Part shown: piece after piece, positions 1-11,395 of the stretch
Numbering within the stretch: position 1 is the stretch's first letter
Layout: the number at the start of each line of letters is the position of its first letter
DNA from: Chiloscyllium plagiosum
Lineage: Eukaryota
Direction of reading: 5' to 3'
Length of the DNA: 64,000 nt
NCBI RefSeq assembly: GCF_004010195.1
Contig: NC_057749.1
Location: 26,210,591 to 26,274,590, forward strand
Notes under the pieces: model-generated
Told to the model about the DNA's origin: nothing
What the model saw: only the letters and a program-made list of their open reading frames with translations
Database searches by the model: none
Translations under genes and position numbers: made by a program

Positions 1-134
1 GACCCTCCGACAGTGCCCACTCCCTCAGCACTGACCCTCCGACAGTGCCCACTCCCTCAGCACTGACCCTCCGACAGTGCCCACTCCCTCAGCACTGACC
101 CTCCGACAGTGCCTCACTCCCTCAGCACTGCACT
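1..134. repeat. 32-bp tandem minisatellite (CACTGACCCTCCGACAGTGCCCACTCCCTCAG), ~4 copies visible, truncated by window edge; lies in a PPCDC intron
   Basis: Units at 1-28, 29-60, 61-92, 93-125 (last has a 1-nt insertion), ending CACTGCACT; the unit resembles a SINE-core segment often tandemly amplified in sharks. Confidence 0.9.
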
Positions 135-258
135 CAGGTTCAGTTCTGAGCGTTTCCGCCTTCGGACGGAAGAGACTGAGACGCGGACAGTGCCGGTCAC
201 TGTGCATTTGTGTACGGCTGGTAGGAGCCCCTCCCCCATAACAATGCGAAGGCCTCAC

Positions 259-366
259 CTCGGGCAGACAGGCGATTCCCGCCGCCAACTCCGGCAGTTT
301 AACCGCCGCCACGCTCCCACTAACCGCCAGCAGCACGCGCCGCATGGCGACCCCGGGGTATTCCAT
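259..366 (-). CDS. PPCDC: Phosphopantothenoylcysteine decarboxylase, first coding exon (MEYPGVAMRRVLLAVSGSVAAVKLPELAAGIACLPE); rest of gene lies left of the window
   Basis: VLLAVSGSVAAVKLP matches the HFCD/CoaC flavoprotein N-terminus (human VLVGVTGSVAALKLP); ATG at 366-364; phase-0 donor GAG|GTGAGG at 258; CpG-rich context. Confidence 0.85.
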
Positions 367-382
367 CAGCACAGAATGATCA

Positions 383-900
383 CTGGTGGGAAACTGACGT
401 GATCACCACACCCACCCCATCGTCCCCTTCTTCTTTTAAGTTAGACAAGTAGTAATACAGGCAATAGCAGCGTCCTAGTTCAGTAAGATGGATTTCCTTA
501 AGTAAATGGATATTGTTGTCCCCCCGCACTTGGTATCACCTTCAACTTTACACCCTTGGCCTTTTGGGAAATTGAGTTTGTACCCTCCCCGTGTGAACTG
601 CACTACCCGGCATTCCTTGCGCAACACCAGGCGCATGCGACATTCCCTACCGCACTGTCATGTGGTAGAGTCGCCAATCGCCATTCCTCACCCCGCCTCC
701 TTTGCAAAGGTGGCATAAAGACAGGGCAAGTGGGGTGAGGGAGTAAGCGGTGATTGCTAATGTCCCTCCCAATCTGACCGTGTCCAAATACTACTTCCTT
801 AACTGGTCGTCGCCTCTCAACGTGAAGGAACAACCACCGGCAATGGCGCCTGGATTATCCCGACGTGCAATGCGCTCCGTGAAAGCCCTCTATTATAATC
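383..900 (-). promoter_or_regulatory. Putative CpG-enriched housekeeping promoter / 5' region of PPCDC, possibly with a non-coding first exon
   Basis: NRF1-like GCGCATGCG at 631-639, CRE-like TGACGT at 395-400, YY1-like CAATGGCG near 841; candidate minus-strand donor GGG|GTGAGG at 691 and acceptor TTTCCCACCAG at 383. Confidence 0.45.
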
Positions 901-1492
901 GCCAGGTTGCTATCCTAATGTGGAAGCTTGATTTGGTTTGCGAACATCAGGGTATTAATGCGTGCAGAGCACAGCAAAGAACAATAGTAAATTTTTGGCT
1001 TCAACTAAGGTTTAAAAGAGTCAATACACTTCAGTTTATCCAGCATTAGATGTTAATTAATCCCTGCCCAATCGAATAAATTGGAAGGTTAGCTCAAATA
1101 CCATAATTATCCTTTAAAGATTAAAAAGGCAGCCAGACATGCTGAGAAAACTTCAATGCAGCCTCAACGAATGAAATATTCATTTGTGTATGCTCTGCTT
1201 TCTGTATAAATTGGCAATGGAAATTTTTTGGGGGGAGGGTTCCCCTTAAGTATTTACAGATTGTTGCCTTGTAATGTAGAGGAATGTAATAAATATAACT
1301 TGAAGCCTGGAAGAAAAAAACCCTCAGATTATTCAGGCTGTGTGTAATGAGAGATAAATACACAAGGAGTCATTGAAAGGATTTGGTCATCTACAGAATA
1401 CTACTTTTTACTTGGGCCACAAGCACAATAGCTCACAAAAACCAACTTGCATTTACAAAGCACCTTCACTGAAGAAGGAGGAAATCATCAAG

Positions 1493-1645
1493 AGGTGATG
1501 TCACTTCCTCTTGTGATGCTATTTCTTGTTCTTTTTCTCAGAGGGTGGTAGATGGGGTCCAAGTCAATCTGTTCTTTGGTAGAGTTCCGGTTGCAATGCC
1601 ATGCTTCTAGAAATTGTGTGTGTCTCTGTTTGGTTTGTCCTCGAG
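1493..1645 (-). mobile_element. Penelope-like element 3' fragment (GIY-YIG C-terminus), inverted relative to 2314-2755
   Basis: Minus strand reads ..GQTKQRHTQFLEAWHCNRNS..IDLDPIYHPLRK, homologous to copies at 2490-2600 and 37440-37790. Confidence 0.7.
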
Positions 1646-1833
1646 TGGTCCTCACCTACCACCCCACCAATCTCCATGTACAGCGCATCATCCGCCGTCA
1701 TTTCCGCCACCTCCAAACGGACCCCACCACCAAGGATATATTTCCGTCCCCTATCAGCATTCTATAAAGACCACTCCCTCCGTGACTCCCTCGTCAGATC
1801 CACACCCCCCACCAACCCAACCTCCACCCGCGG

Positions 1834-2171
1834 CACCTTCCCCTGCAACCGCAGGAGGTGCAAGACTTGCGCCACCTTCCCCTGCAACCGCAGGAGGTGC
1901 AAGACTTGCGCCACCTTCCCCTGCAACCGCAGGAGGTGCAAGACTTGCGCCACCTTCCCCTGCAACCGCAGGAGGTGCAAGACTTGCGCCACCTTCCCCT
2001 GCAACCGCAGGAGGTGCAAGACTTGCGCCACCTTCCCCTGCAACCGCAGGAGGTGCAAGACTTGCGCCACCTTCCCCTGCAACCGCAGGAGGTGCAAGAC
2101 TTGCGCCACCTTCCCCTGCAACCGCAGGAGGTGCAAGACTTGCGCCACCTTCCCCTGCAACCGCAGGAGGT
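1834..2171 (+). repeat. Perfect 39-bp tandem array, ~8.7 copies, encoding (TFPCNRRRCKTCA)n
   Basis: Unit CACCTTCCCCTGCAACCGCAGGAGGTGCAAGACTTGCGC repeated without visible mismatch; explains the five overlapping repetitive ORFs. Confidence 0.95.
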
Positions 2172-2183
2172 AAACTTTCCTCA

Positions 2184-2217
2184 TTCCTGAAGAAGGGCTT
2201 ATGCCCGAAACGTCGAT
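2184..2217 (+). ncRNA. Minimal type I hammerhead ribozyme motif (PLE-associated)
   Basis: CTGAAGA-a-GGGC-ttat-GCCC-GAAA-C-GTC: core CUGANGA/GAAA, 4-bp stem II, palindromic ACGT in place of stem III, GUC cleavage triplet. Confidence 0.7.
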
Positions 2218-2313
2218 TCTCCTGTTCCCTGGATGCTGCCTGACCTGCTGCGCTTTTCCAGCAACACATTTTCAGCTCTGATCTCCAGCATCTGCAGACC
2301 TCACTTTCTCCTC

Positions 2314-2755
2314 ATAATTTACAAAATACCTTGCAAGAACTGTAACAAGCACTATGTTGGATTAACAGGCGGAAACTAGCCAAAGGATACGTGAACATCA
2401 ACTAGCCACAAAAAGACATGACTCACTATCACCAGTATCCTTACATACAGATGAGGAAAGTCACCGCTTTGATTGAGACAACACATGCATCCTAAGACAA
2501 ACCAAACAGAGAGTCGCACGAGAATTACTTCAAGCATGGCATTCCAACCAGAAGTCTATCAACAAACACATCTATTACCCTCTGAGAAATAGAACAGGAA
2601 ATGACATCACCAACCCAAGGAAACCTAAACACATAAATAGAAAGTAGGACGTAACACCAGTACTTTACCAGTGGCACATTGATGATGTTACCTAGTATGG
2701 TGACAAAACGTCTGAAAATGAACTTCCAGCTTAGTGAGCAAACTTACATCCAGAA
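2314..2755 (+). mobile_element. Penelope-like element 3' fragment (GIY-YIG endonuclease remnant + terminal region with decayed hammerhead at ~2679-2712)
   Basis: YKIPCKNCNKHYVG..FDXDNTCILRQTKQR..AWHSNQKSINKH; TTGATGA-t-GTTACC-tagtat-GGTGAC-AAAACGTC. Confidence 0.75.
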
Positions 2756-4894
2756 CATATTTGATACTTTGTTTAGAATAAAATAGAGGATTAGATTGAA
2801 GCTGCAAGGTTTGTTTTCTTAGAAACAAGTGAAGAAGACACAACTTAGAAATATGTGCACTTCCATCAGAGAGTATTAATTCAATGGTAAACTACTTTAT
2901 AACATTTGTGCATTTCACAGAGTGGTCTTTTGTCCCAGTAACAAGCTTGGCTGATGTAATTAAAGCTACAAAATACTTAATTTTATGAAGAGCTTCCATC
3001 TCAGTGAGGTAGCTTCAAGTCAATCCACATCCAGTTCTGCAGAAGGATCTCTAAATGTTAACTCCGTTTTCTTTTCATTGATGCTACAGGACCTGCTGTT
3101 GTCTGACAATTATACACTATGAATGCATGTTTTTGTTGTTTATCAAACAAAACTTGATACTAAGCCACACTCTATAATGAGGTGAACTGAATAAAGGTTA
3201 GGCCAAATAGATCGGGTATAAGGAGTGTTTATGATATAGAGAGGGGCTGGGAGAAATTCTCGAACCACAAACAAGAGAGAGATTGAAATTGGACACTCCC
3301 AAGTAGTCAGACTTAGAGGAGAACTTGGGGGGGGGGGGGGGGGGTTCAGAGATAGATAGGTGGGCAAGACCAGGGAGAATTTTGAAAATATGGCTGATCA
3401 GGAACCAAGATAGACCAGTGAGAACAAGAGTGACAGATGAACAGGACTTGGTGCATGTTAGATTTAGATGAATTTTAGGTGAACTTAAGTTTATGGGTCG
3501 TGATTTTGGGAGGATGTTCACAAGACAATTGGACTCATCAGGTTTCAAGTCTCTGACCACAATCATATGTCATCCTTGAAACTGCATGACCAACTCTGAC
3601 AAGCAAGTCAAGCAATAGCCCAGCCCTGATACCACCAGCATTAAATTACAATGCAAAGTGTCAATGTCAAGAGCTTCCACTGACTTTAATGACCAGGTTC
3701 AATGGCCAACATGAACTTGTAAAATAGATCTTCATGTGGGTCCTCACCATTCTCCCAGTTTCAGTTGATAGTGTCAGGAGAAGGGAAAGGGAATTTGAAG
3801 GTGGGGGTTAAATTAGAAATAAAGAATATCAGGCAGTTTTAAAAAATACAGAGGATTAAAATTGCTTTCCAGTGCTAGTTTTATTTAATCTATCTGACAT
3901 TGGAGACAAACATTTCCTCATCGTTGTGAAATCTTCCAACACAACACACTCACCTGTAGCAGATCTACAAAACCTTCTGATTTCATTCTGGCTCTCTCTG
4001 ATTTTAAGACTCCCATTGCCAACTTGGGTTGGTCCTATTCCTGGAAGGGTTACCACAAGTCCTACTTCTATTCTATTCTGTTCTAATGAGGATGGGGTTG
4101 GTTGGAACAGAATAGACTGGAATAGAAGAGAATAGAAATCTATTGTCACATATCCTTTTAAAAGAAAAAGGTTTCATAAGTCACCCCACGTCAATGCCTA
4201 CATCAACAAAAGAAGTCATACATAATATAAAAAAAATTAAGACAAGAATCATCACAGTTCAGGTAATGGCTCCTGGGCTCGGGGAAAACTGATTTAGGAA
4301 TGATGGAATATCCTGATAACCTAGCCAGGATGAGACCGCCATGCTGGGCTACTGGGCCAAAAGCCTCCATCAAAGAAGATCACCATGCCAGGTCGAGATT
4401 GTGACTCCTGTACGAGTACATCTACCGGGCTGCTGGTAAAGATGGATCCTGAAAACACAGACAACCTTCACGTGCGAAAGAGACATCCACACTGGGACAA
4501 GACCATTGCAGCTAGAGACTGCCACACCTAGAAGTTGCCTTCTCCTCCTTCAGGCACCCGGGCCTAGCTGTGGACCTGGAGTCTTGGCCTAGCCTTCGAG
4601 ACTAGGCTGGGAGAGTCAGCTTGGGACCTCGCTCGCTGGGGGAACCTGGGGTGAGGTGGAGCCGGGTCCTGCCTGTCCCAGCACTACCGCTGCCGCCACT
4701 GCCACTGGAGGCCCAAAGCAAAGGAAAAACAGAAAACAAAAACAAAAAGGGGTAAAACAAACAGAGAAAGAAAACGGAAAGGAGCAGACAAACCCCACCC
4801 CCTCTTAAATGGCTGCTGTCTGACACTCAAAACTTTCCCATAACTAATATGGGAAATATAGAGGAGCACCATCTATATTAAAAAGTTTATTTTT

Positions 4895-5212
4895 AATTCA
4901 TTCACAGGTTGTGGGCATTGTTGATTAGATCAACATTTATTATCCATCTCTAATTTCAGTTGAGAAGGGTAGTTGAGAACCAACCACGTTATTGTGGGTC
5001 AGGAGTCATGTTTAGGCCAGACGGGGTAAAGAGGGCAGTTTCTTTCCCCAGAGAGTATGAGTAAACTGGATAGGTTTTTCCTGACAGTCATCAGTCTCTT
5101 AATTCTAGATTTCCATTGAATTCAAATCCCACATCTACCACATTGGGATTTGAACACAGGTACCCAGAAGATTACCTGGGCTTCTGGATTAATAGTCCAG
5201 CAATAATACTAC
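4895..5212 (-). mobile_element. Degenerate tRNA-derived SINE
   Basis: B-box-like GGGATTTGAAC at ~5146 (minus GTTCAAATCCC); related copies at ~11690-11980 and ~21790-22095 (+). Confidence 0.5.
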
Positions 5213-5229
5213 CTCTCTTGATTGTAGTC

Positions 5230-6060
5230 TGTTAAACAGTTCAGAAACATAAACAAGGAACCAGGTTAGACTTATGTTTAAACATAGCAATTTTAATGGA
5301 TGCATGTGGGCCTTAAAAATAGATAAGACATATGAGGCTGGAAAAGAGATTACTCTCCTGGAGTTTAAAAACTCACTTCCAGAGATGCTAAGAACTTATG
5401 TGGATAAACATAAAGTTCAAGAAATAATAGGAGCGACAAAGATGTCAAATGAACATGCATTGGGGCATAAGGCAAAATTTAGTTTCAGACAGGAGGGATA
5501 GAAATCGGGAGAAGGGGAGATCCTTCACGACAAAACAAAAAAAAATCATCTCAGAAATAGTTTACTACAGGGGGAAAAAAAGAAGTCCAATGGGGTGAAA
5601 GGAGGTGAGAGGCCTCAGGTGTTTCCATTGTGGTAAGGTCACAGTGCTGGTCATTGAAGAAAGGCACTTTGGGAAAAGGTGTGGTAAAAGAGGCTAAACC
5701 AGTGGGATTAGTGAAAGTAGTAAAGGAAACCCGAAGAAAAATCAAGGGGAGCTGCAGGAATGTGCACAGCCTAGGCAGCAACTGGGTATTGAATTCATGC
5801 CTGATCTCAAAAAATACTTCACTTTAGTGGGCAAAGTTTACTCAGGAAGAACAGGGGGAGAAGGGAAAGAGGTTTTAATCTTAAGAGATATGGGTTCTGG
5901 TCAGTCTCTAATAGTAAGAGATGAACGTATTTGCTCTCTTTCTGACAATGCCAACCGAGAGTGTGATAATTTGTGGAATAGATTATCAGAAACTTCGCAT
6001 TCCTCTGTGTGAGATCAGGTTGGAGAGCCAAATCGTGACTGGGGAATTAACAGTGGGAAT
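5230..6060 (+). mobile_element. Gypsy-type LTR retrotransposon gag-protease remnant
   Basis: EITLLEFKNSLPEMLRTYV (capsid/SCAN-like), CFHCG..VRSQCW (decayed zinc knuckle), VLILRDMGSGQSLI (LRDTG aspartyl protease motif); frameshifted. Confidence 0.65.
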
Positions 6061-6205
6061 GTTTTTTTTTCGATGCTTACTTTTGTGTCACTGCTATGGC
6101 AGTATTTGCTGTTAATCCTTAATTAACCTTGAGATAGCAGTTGAGTCATCACATTGCTGTGGGTCTGGAGTCATGCATAGGCCAGAACAAGTAAGTATGG
6201 CAGAC

Positions 6206-6722
6206 TTATTGCATACAGTTCTGGTCACCACATTATGGGAAGGATGTGGAAGCTTTGGAGAGGGTTCAGAGGAGATTTACTAGGATGTTGCCTGGTATGG
6301 AGGGAGGTTTATATGAGGAAAGGCTGAGGGACTTGAAGCTGTTTTCGTTAGAAGTAAGTTGAAAGGTAACTTAATTGAGACATACAAGATAATCAGAGGG
6401 TTAGATAGGGTGGACTGTAAGAGCCCTTTTTCTCTGATGGTGATGGCTAGCATGAGGGGACAAAGCTTTAAATTGAGGGGTGATAGATATAGGACAGATG
6501 TCAGAGGTAGTTCCTTTACTCAGAGAGTAGTAGGGGCGTGGAACGCATTGCCTGCAACAGTAATAGACTCACCAACTTTAAGGGCATTTAAATGGTCATT
6601 GGATAAACATATGGATAAAAATGGAACAGTGTAGGATAGATAGGCTTCAGATTGGTTGCACAGGTCGGCGCAACATCGAGGGCTGAAGGGCCTGTATCAT
6701 GCTGTAATGTTCTATGTTCTAT
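6206..6722 (+). mobile_element. CR1 LINE 3' end, inserted in an older SINE (~6065-6205 and ~6723-6890)
   Basis: YCIQFWSPHYGKDVEALERVQRRFTRMLPG..GNLIETYKIIRGLDRV..FTQRVVGAWNALP; tail TGTTCTATGTTCTA. Confidence 0.85.
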
Positions 6723-6904
6723 TTCTTTTCCCAAAGTACATCAATGAAACAGACAGCTTTGTACAACATTCAATGACAGTTTTACAGTCACCATTACCAT
6801 ATTGAAATTATAATAATGCTGAGAGAACATTAAACCCATGCCCCCAGAGCATCATGTGGGTCTCTACATTTTCTCATCCAGTGACTATGCTACCATCCTT
6901 TCCT

Positions 6905-7415
6905 AAGTTAGGTCAAAAGCTTGGTCAAGTAATCTCTGCAAGGAGGGAAGTCGGATAAAGGTGCATAGAAATTTTAGCAGGGATTTCCAGAGTTCATGGG
7001 CTAAACAGTTGAAGACAGGGCCAACAATGGTGGAATGACTAAGATTGGAAATGTCATAACGAGAGAAACACAGATATCTCAGAGGGTTATGAATGTGGAA
7101 GAGACTAAAAAGAAAGGTAGGGAGTGAGGCTGTGAGGGGATTTGAAGACGAGCATGAGGAATGCGTTGTCAAGATGTTTACTAACTCGGAGTTAATTGCA
7201 GTCAAGTAGCACAGAGATCCTAGAGAAACAGAGACTTGTGTGAGCCGGGAGATGAGGAATAAAGATTTGGATGGCATCAAGTTTCCGGATGGTATAATGT
7301 AAGTCCCATGACTACATTGAAATGGTCCAATCCAGAACAAGCAAAGATGTGGATGAACATTTTAATCATAAATGAGCTAAGGCAGGGATGGAGTTGGGTA
7401 AAGCTATGGAAGTGA
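6905..7415 (-). mobile_element. Old L2-like LINE 3' remnant
   Basis: Minus-strand ..FNCLAHELWKSL..LLDQAF resembles the L2 ORF2 C-terminus; highly decayed. Confidence 0.45.
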
Positions 7416-8466
7416 AATTAGACAGTTTTAACATTTGTGTGTGAAGTAGGGCTTCTGAGCTGTACAGCAGTTATGGAGGTAAAATGATTCTTGAGCGCTA
7501 AGTTTACAAGGTGCAAAAAGTGCAAAGCAACTTTATTGCAGACTGGTGAGTCATACTGTGTGTTAGTAAACAATGCCATAAACATCACCTGAGGACATCC
7601 TGAACGATGATTGGTGCTTAGCATCCTCTTTGGTCCTGCTAATCTGTTCTGGGCAGACACACAGTGCTCATGTTATTTTACCACTGAAAGTCATGGAAGC
7701 TAACCCTAACCCTGTCTCCAAGGCTGATCTTTATGTGGAGGATTTCTCTCCCTCAGTGACAGGGGGGAATGAATGTTCTGTGGAGCCATTTAGTTGTGAC
7801 ACTGACTTCCTCTATTTCTTAATTAATGATGATTATCCTGCAGTGTTGTTTTGATGTCCTTAATTGCAGTTCTTCTTTCTAGTATCAGTACTGTTGGAGG
7901 CGGTGCTATGGTTGTAATACAATTATAATGGTATAGATACTGCTTGAAACTCTGAATTGCTGGAAAAGTCTTTTGGAGTGATGAGTATAAGATTGTGCAA
8001 ATAGAGGCTGCTTGAAGCATTGATCCAAAGAATCCCAGTACTTTGTTTGCTAAGTAATCTGCTACAGGCCAGGTTAGCAGTTTTACTTAAATCTGTGAGA
8101 ATGCCACATTCTCACTTGTGTGCAGCACTGCTTCCAACATGAGCAGAAAACACATTCAGTTTCAAACTGGATTTTCACAAACCACTCATGTCATATTTAC
8201 CTGAAGTGTATCCTAGTTACAAACGCTGTGAAGGTTGACGCAATGGAAGAAGTTGCTGGGGTCTCAGCAAGGGACTCAAAATTTAATGGAGATGTGCGAG
8301 GAATGTTTCTTTTGCGCCATGTGATGATAGTATGGTTTTAAGAGGTGTATTTTGTCCTGGCTTTTTTTTATGAAGAGGCTGAGACATAGATGTACAATCC
8401 GAACCAGAGGACACAGCTTAAAAATACGGGTAGACCATTTAGGACAGAGATGAGGAGAAACTATTG

Positions 8467-8670
8467 TTAAAAATCACACAACACCAGGTTATAGTCCAAC
8501 AGGTTTATTTGGAAGCACTAGCTTTTGGAGCGCTGCTCCTTCATCAGATGTTTGATCAGGCGAGCACTCCGAAAGCTCGTGCTTCCAAATAAACCTGTTG
8601 GACTATAACTTGGTGTTGTGTGATTTTTAACTTTGTCCACCCCAGTCCAACACCGGCATCTCCAAATCAT
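8467..8670. mobile_element. Palindromic PLE-terminal mini-element with decayed hammerheads in both arms
   Basis: TTAAAAATCACACAACACCAGGTTATAGTCCAACAGG... is the reverse complement of ...CCTGTTGGACTATAACTTGGTGTTGTGTGATTTTTAA; same family as 10099-10179 and 37518-37740. Confidence 0.75.
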
Positions 8671-9094
8671 GACAAAGATGATGAGTGGTCTGTTCCCAAC
8701 CTATAAAGTAAACAGCTCGTGAGCCCTCGGGTTTATTTTTTAAAGTTGTAACAATAGAAGGAACATGAAGGAGTGAGTCAGGCTCCCACAGAACCAAGAG
8801 TTTAGTTTAACTTTCAGTAGCTGTTAGGGTTTGGAAGCTGCTATAAATCTCTTCCTGCTCCAGCAAAATGCCTGAGTTCTTTCTCTTGAACCTTCCTCCT
8901 GGACTGGAGAATTACATGTGAGACAATCTATTTTATTGAATTTGCCTTTTGCCAAGACTGTGTTTATGGGATGTTACTATATTAGAACAGTTGCTGTTTT
9001 GTGGTTAAATCATCTATTATTTTATTAAGTTTTCCAATAGAGTTGTTACTCCAATTCTTCTTTCTTTTGTTTGTATTTTAACTAAAATTAAAAA

Positions 9095-10179
9095 CACAGT
9101 GTTGACACAGATTACAAGTGGGGACATCATCCACTATGCATGCAGCAGGTATTCATGTGACTCGGCCAGCATTGTCTATTTCACACGCTGCAGGCAAGGA
9201 TGCCCTGAGGCATGGTACATTGGCAAGACCGAGCAGAGGCTACAGCAATGGATTAATGGATACCACACAACAATCATCAGCCAGTTGTGTTTCCTCCCAG
9301 TCGGGGAACACTTCAGCAGTCCGGGACATTCGGCCTCGGACCTTCGGGTGACCATCCTCCAAGGCGGACTTCAGGATTGGCAACAACACAAAGTGGCTGA
9401 GCAGAGGCTGATAGCCAAGTTCGATACCCATGAGGATGGCCTCAACTGGAACTTGGGTTCATGTCACACTACAGGTGAAACCACTGGATTACACACTTTC
9501 ACACATGTGCACACAAGTGCACACTCACTCTTACAGACCCATACACAAGCTCTCTCACATGCTGACACAGACACACCCCCCACACTCACACCCATACACA
9601 CACCCTCTCACAGAATTAAACCCCTTTACACTCTTGCACTTGCACATACACATACACACTCTCTCACAGACACACATCCCCCTCACAAACACATACCCAC
9701 ATGCACGCAAACATTTTAGTTTGTGGGGGTGAATTTGTACTTGTAGAATTACATTTTATTTTGCTCAAAAACTGCATGAATCCATACTGCAAAATTCTGT
9801 AAATCCATTTTTTTAGAAATAGAATTGATCTGAACATTAGGGCACAGACAGACAGACTTTAACCTTACACCTTCAATGCATTATCTGAGCTGACTTGGCA
9901 CTTATTGTCAAAGTTTTTTTGAGAATGTAACTTTAAAAATTGTTCTGGGATTTACATAAGAAAGAACTGAAACCAACTTGGTCATTCCAAAAGATGAGAG
10001 ACTTTACAAACAATCCAGGTGTTTTTTGTATCATTTCAGTTGCATCACACTGTAAATCTTTGCTATAAATTGTGTGGTACGATCTTATACTCCACAATCA
10101 CCTGATGAAGGAGCAGCGCTCCGAAAGCTAGTGCTTCCAAATAAACTGTAACCTCGTGTTGTGTGATTTTTAACTTTAT
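9095..10179 (+). mobile_element. Penelope-like element 3' part: GIY-YIG endonuclease, CA-rich spacer, terminal region with hammerhead
   Basis: ORF 9099-9719: YSCDSASIVYFTRCRQGCPEAWYIGKTEQRL..PVGEHFSSPGHSASDLRVTIL..AEQRLIAKFDTHEDGLN. Confidence 0.85.
10099..10133 (+). ncRNA. Minimal hammerhead ribozyme motif, intact core
   Basis: CAC-CTGATGA-a-GGAGC-agc-GCTCC-GAAA-G-CTA-GTG: stem I CAC/GTG, 5-bp stem II, palindromic AGCT, CUA cleavage triplet. Confidence 0.75.
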
Positions 10180-10654
10180 AAGAAGAAAATTTGTTTTGCT
10201 TTCAACCAGATAGTTTGACCAATGGATTTGTATCCGGAACACAACACCTTACAGCTACCTTTTAAAATAAGGAAAAGTTGGGGTCTAGACAATCTTAACA
10301 CATTTCGAGGCAGTTTGGTCTGGTCCATAACAACAGAAAGTGATAGGTGACTGGAATGTGCTGCCAGGGAAGTGGTAGAAGCAGGTAATTAGCAATGATA
10401 AATAAGCATTTAGACAAATGCATGAACAGGCAGGGAATAGTGGGAGATGGATCATGTGCAGGCAGATGGAATTAGTTTAGAATGGCATCATGGTCCCCAC
10501 ACACATGACAGGCTGAAGGGCTTAATCTTGTGCTGCACCGTTCTTGGTGCTATGTTCTCTTTTACTTTGCATTACGTTTGAGTGCAGTTTGAACTGATTT
10601 GGAAATGAACCACAAGTTACAAAATCTTATCAAAGGTAGCTTATCCCCATAACA

Positions 10655-10940
10655 TAGAGTCATAGAGATGTAAGCATGGAAACAGACCCTTCGGTCCAAG
10701 CCATCCATGCCGACCAGATATCCCAACCCAATCTAGTTCCACCTACCAGCACCCGGCCTGTATCCTTTCAAACCCTTCCTATTCATATACCCATCCAAAT
10801 GCCTCTTAAATGTTGCAATTGTACCAGCCTCCACCACATCCTCTGGCAGCTCATTCCATACACGTACCACCCTCTATGTGAAAAAGGTGCCCCTTAGGTC
10901 TCTTTTACATCTTTCCCCTCTCACCCTAAACCTATGCCCT
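10655..10940 (-). mobile_element. CR1 LINE 3' end running into assembly gap
   Basis: GHRFRVRGERCKRDLRGTFFT; tail CATAGAGTCATAGAG on + strand. Confidence 0.85.
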
Positions 10941-11120
10941 NNNNNNNNNNNNNNNNNNNNNNNNNNNNNNNNNNNNNNNNNNNNNNNNNNNNNNNNNNNN
11001 NNNNNNNNNNNNNNNNNNNNNNNNNNNNNNNNNNNNNNNNNNNNNNNNNNNNNNNNNNNNNNNNNNNNNNNNNNNNNNNNNNNNNNNNNNNNNNNNNNNN
11101 NNNNNNNNNNNNNNNNNNNN
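10941..11120. other. Assembly gap (180 N)
   Basis: Run of N. Confidence 1.
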
Positions 11121-11395
11121 TGCAAGGTGCTGCATTTTGGGAAAACAAATCTTAGCAGGACTTATAAACTTAATGATAAAGTCCTAGGGAGTGTTGCTGA
11201 ACAAAGAGATCTTGGAGTGCAGGTTCATAGCTCCTTGAAAGTGGAGTCATGGGTAGATAGGATAGTGAAGAAGGCGTTTGGTATGCTTTCCTTTATTGGT
11301 CAGAGTATTGAGTACAGGAGTTGGGAGAACATGTTGTGGCTCTACAGGACATTGGTTAGGCCACTGTTGGAATATTGCATGAAATTCTGGTTATC
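11121..11395 (+). mobile_element. CR1 LINE ORF2 fragment
   Basis: CKVLHFGKTN..AEQRDLGVQVHSSLKV..LYRTLVRPLLEYC. Confidence 0.85.

Larger units (their letters stand above)
1646..2313 (+). mobile_element. Internally deleted Penelope-like element fragment: ORF piece + 39-bp array + hammerhead-bearing terminal module
   Basis: VLTYHPTNLHVQRIIRRHFRHLQTDPTTKDIFP / LSAFYKDHSLRDSLVRS..GTFPCNRRRCKTC is the PLE linker preceding GIY-YIG; terminal module 2177-2313 recurs at 13775, 15051, 38940, 53152. Confidence 0.8.
8320..10332 (+). mobile_element. Probable solo LTR (TG...CA) inserted in a CR1 3' end and itself interrupted by later insertions
   Basis: Starts TGTGATG, ends CCATAACA; CR1 sequence stops at 8319 and resumes at 10333 (CAGAAAGTGATAGGTGACTGGAATGTGCTGCC); LTR-like pieces ~8320-8395, 8671-9090, 10180-10332. 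Confidence 0.45.

Noticed and set aside
1..134. CRISPR-like 32-bp repeats
   Set aside because: Units are contiguous with no spacers; eukaryotic context; no cas genes
1601..2269. Five long overlapping ORFs as novel repeat or zinc-finger proteins
   Set aside because: All arise from a stop-free 39-bp array inside a truncated retroelement; no splice or promoter support
3035..3100. Further hammerhead-like remnants (also ~29940-29975, ~55480-55530)
   Set aside because: Core too decayed to call
7418..8341. Short ORFs in non-repetitive-looking sequence as exons of an intervening gene
   Set aside because: No recognisable protein motif or consistent splice-phase chain
10874..11155. ORFs spanning X residues; opposite CR1 orientations across the gap
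   Set aside because: Artefacts of the N gap; structure across the gap cannot be trusted
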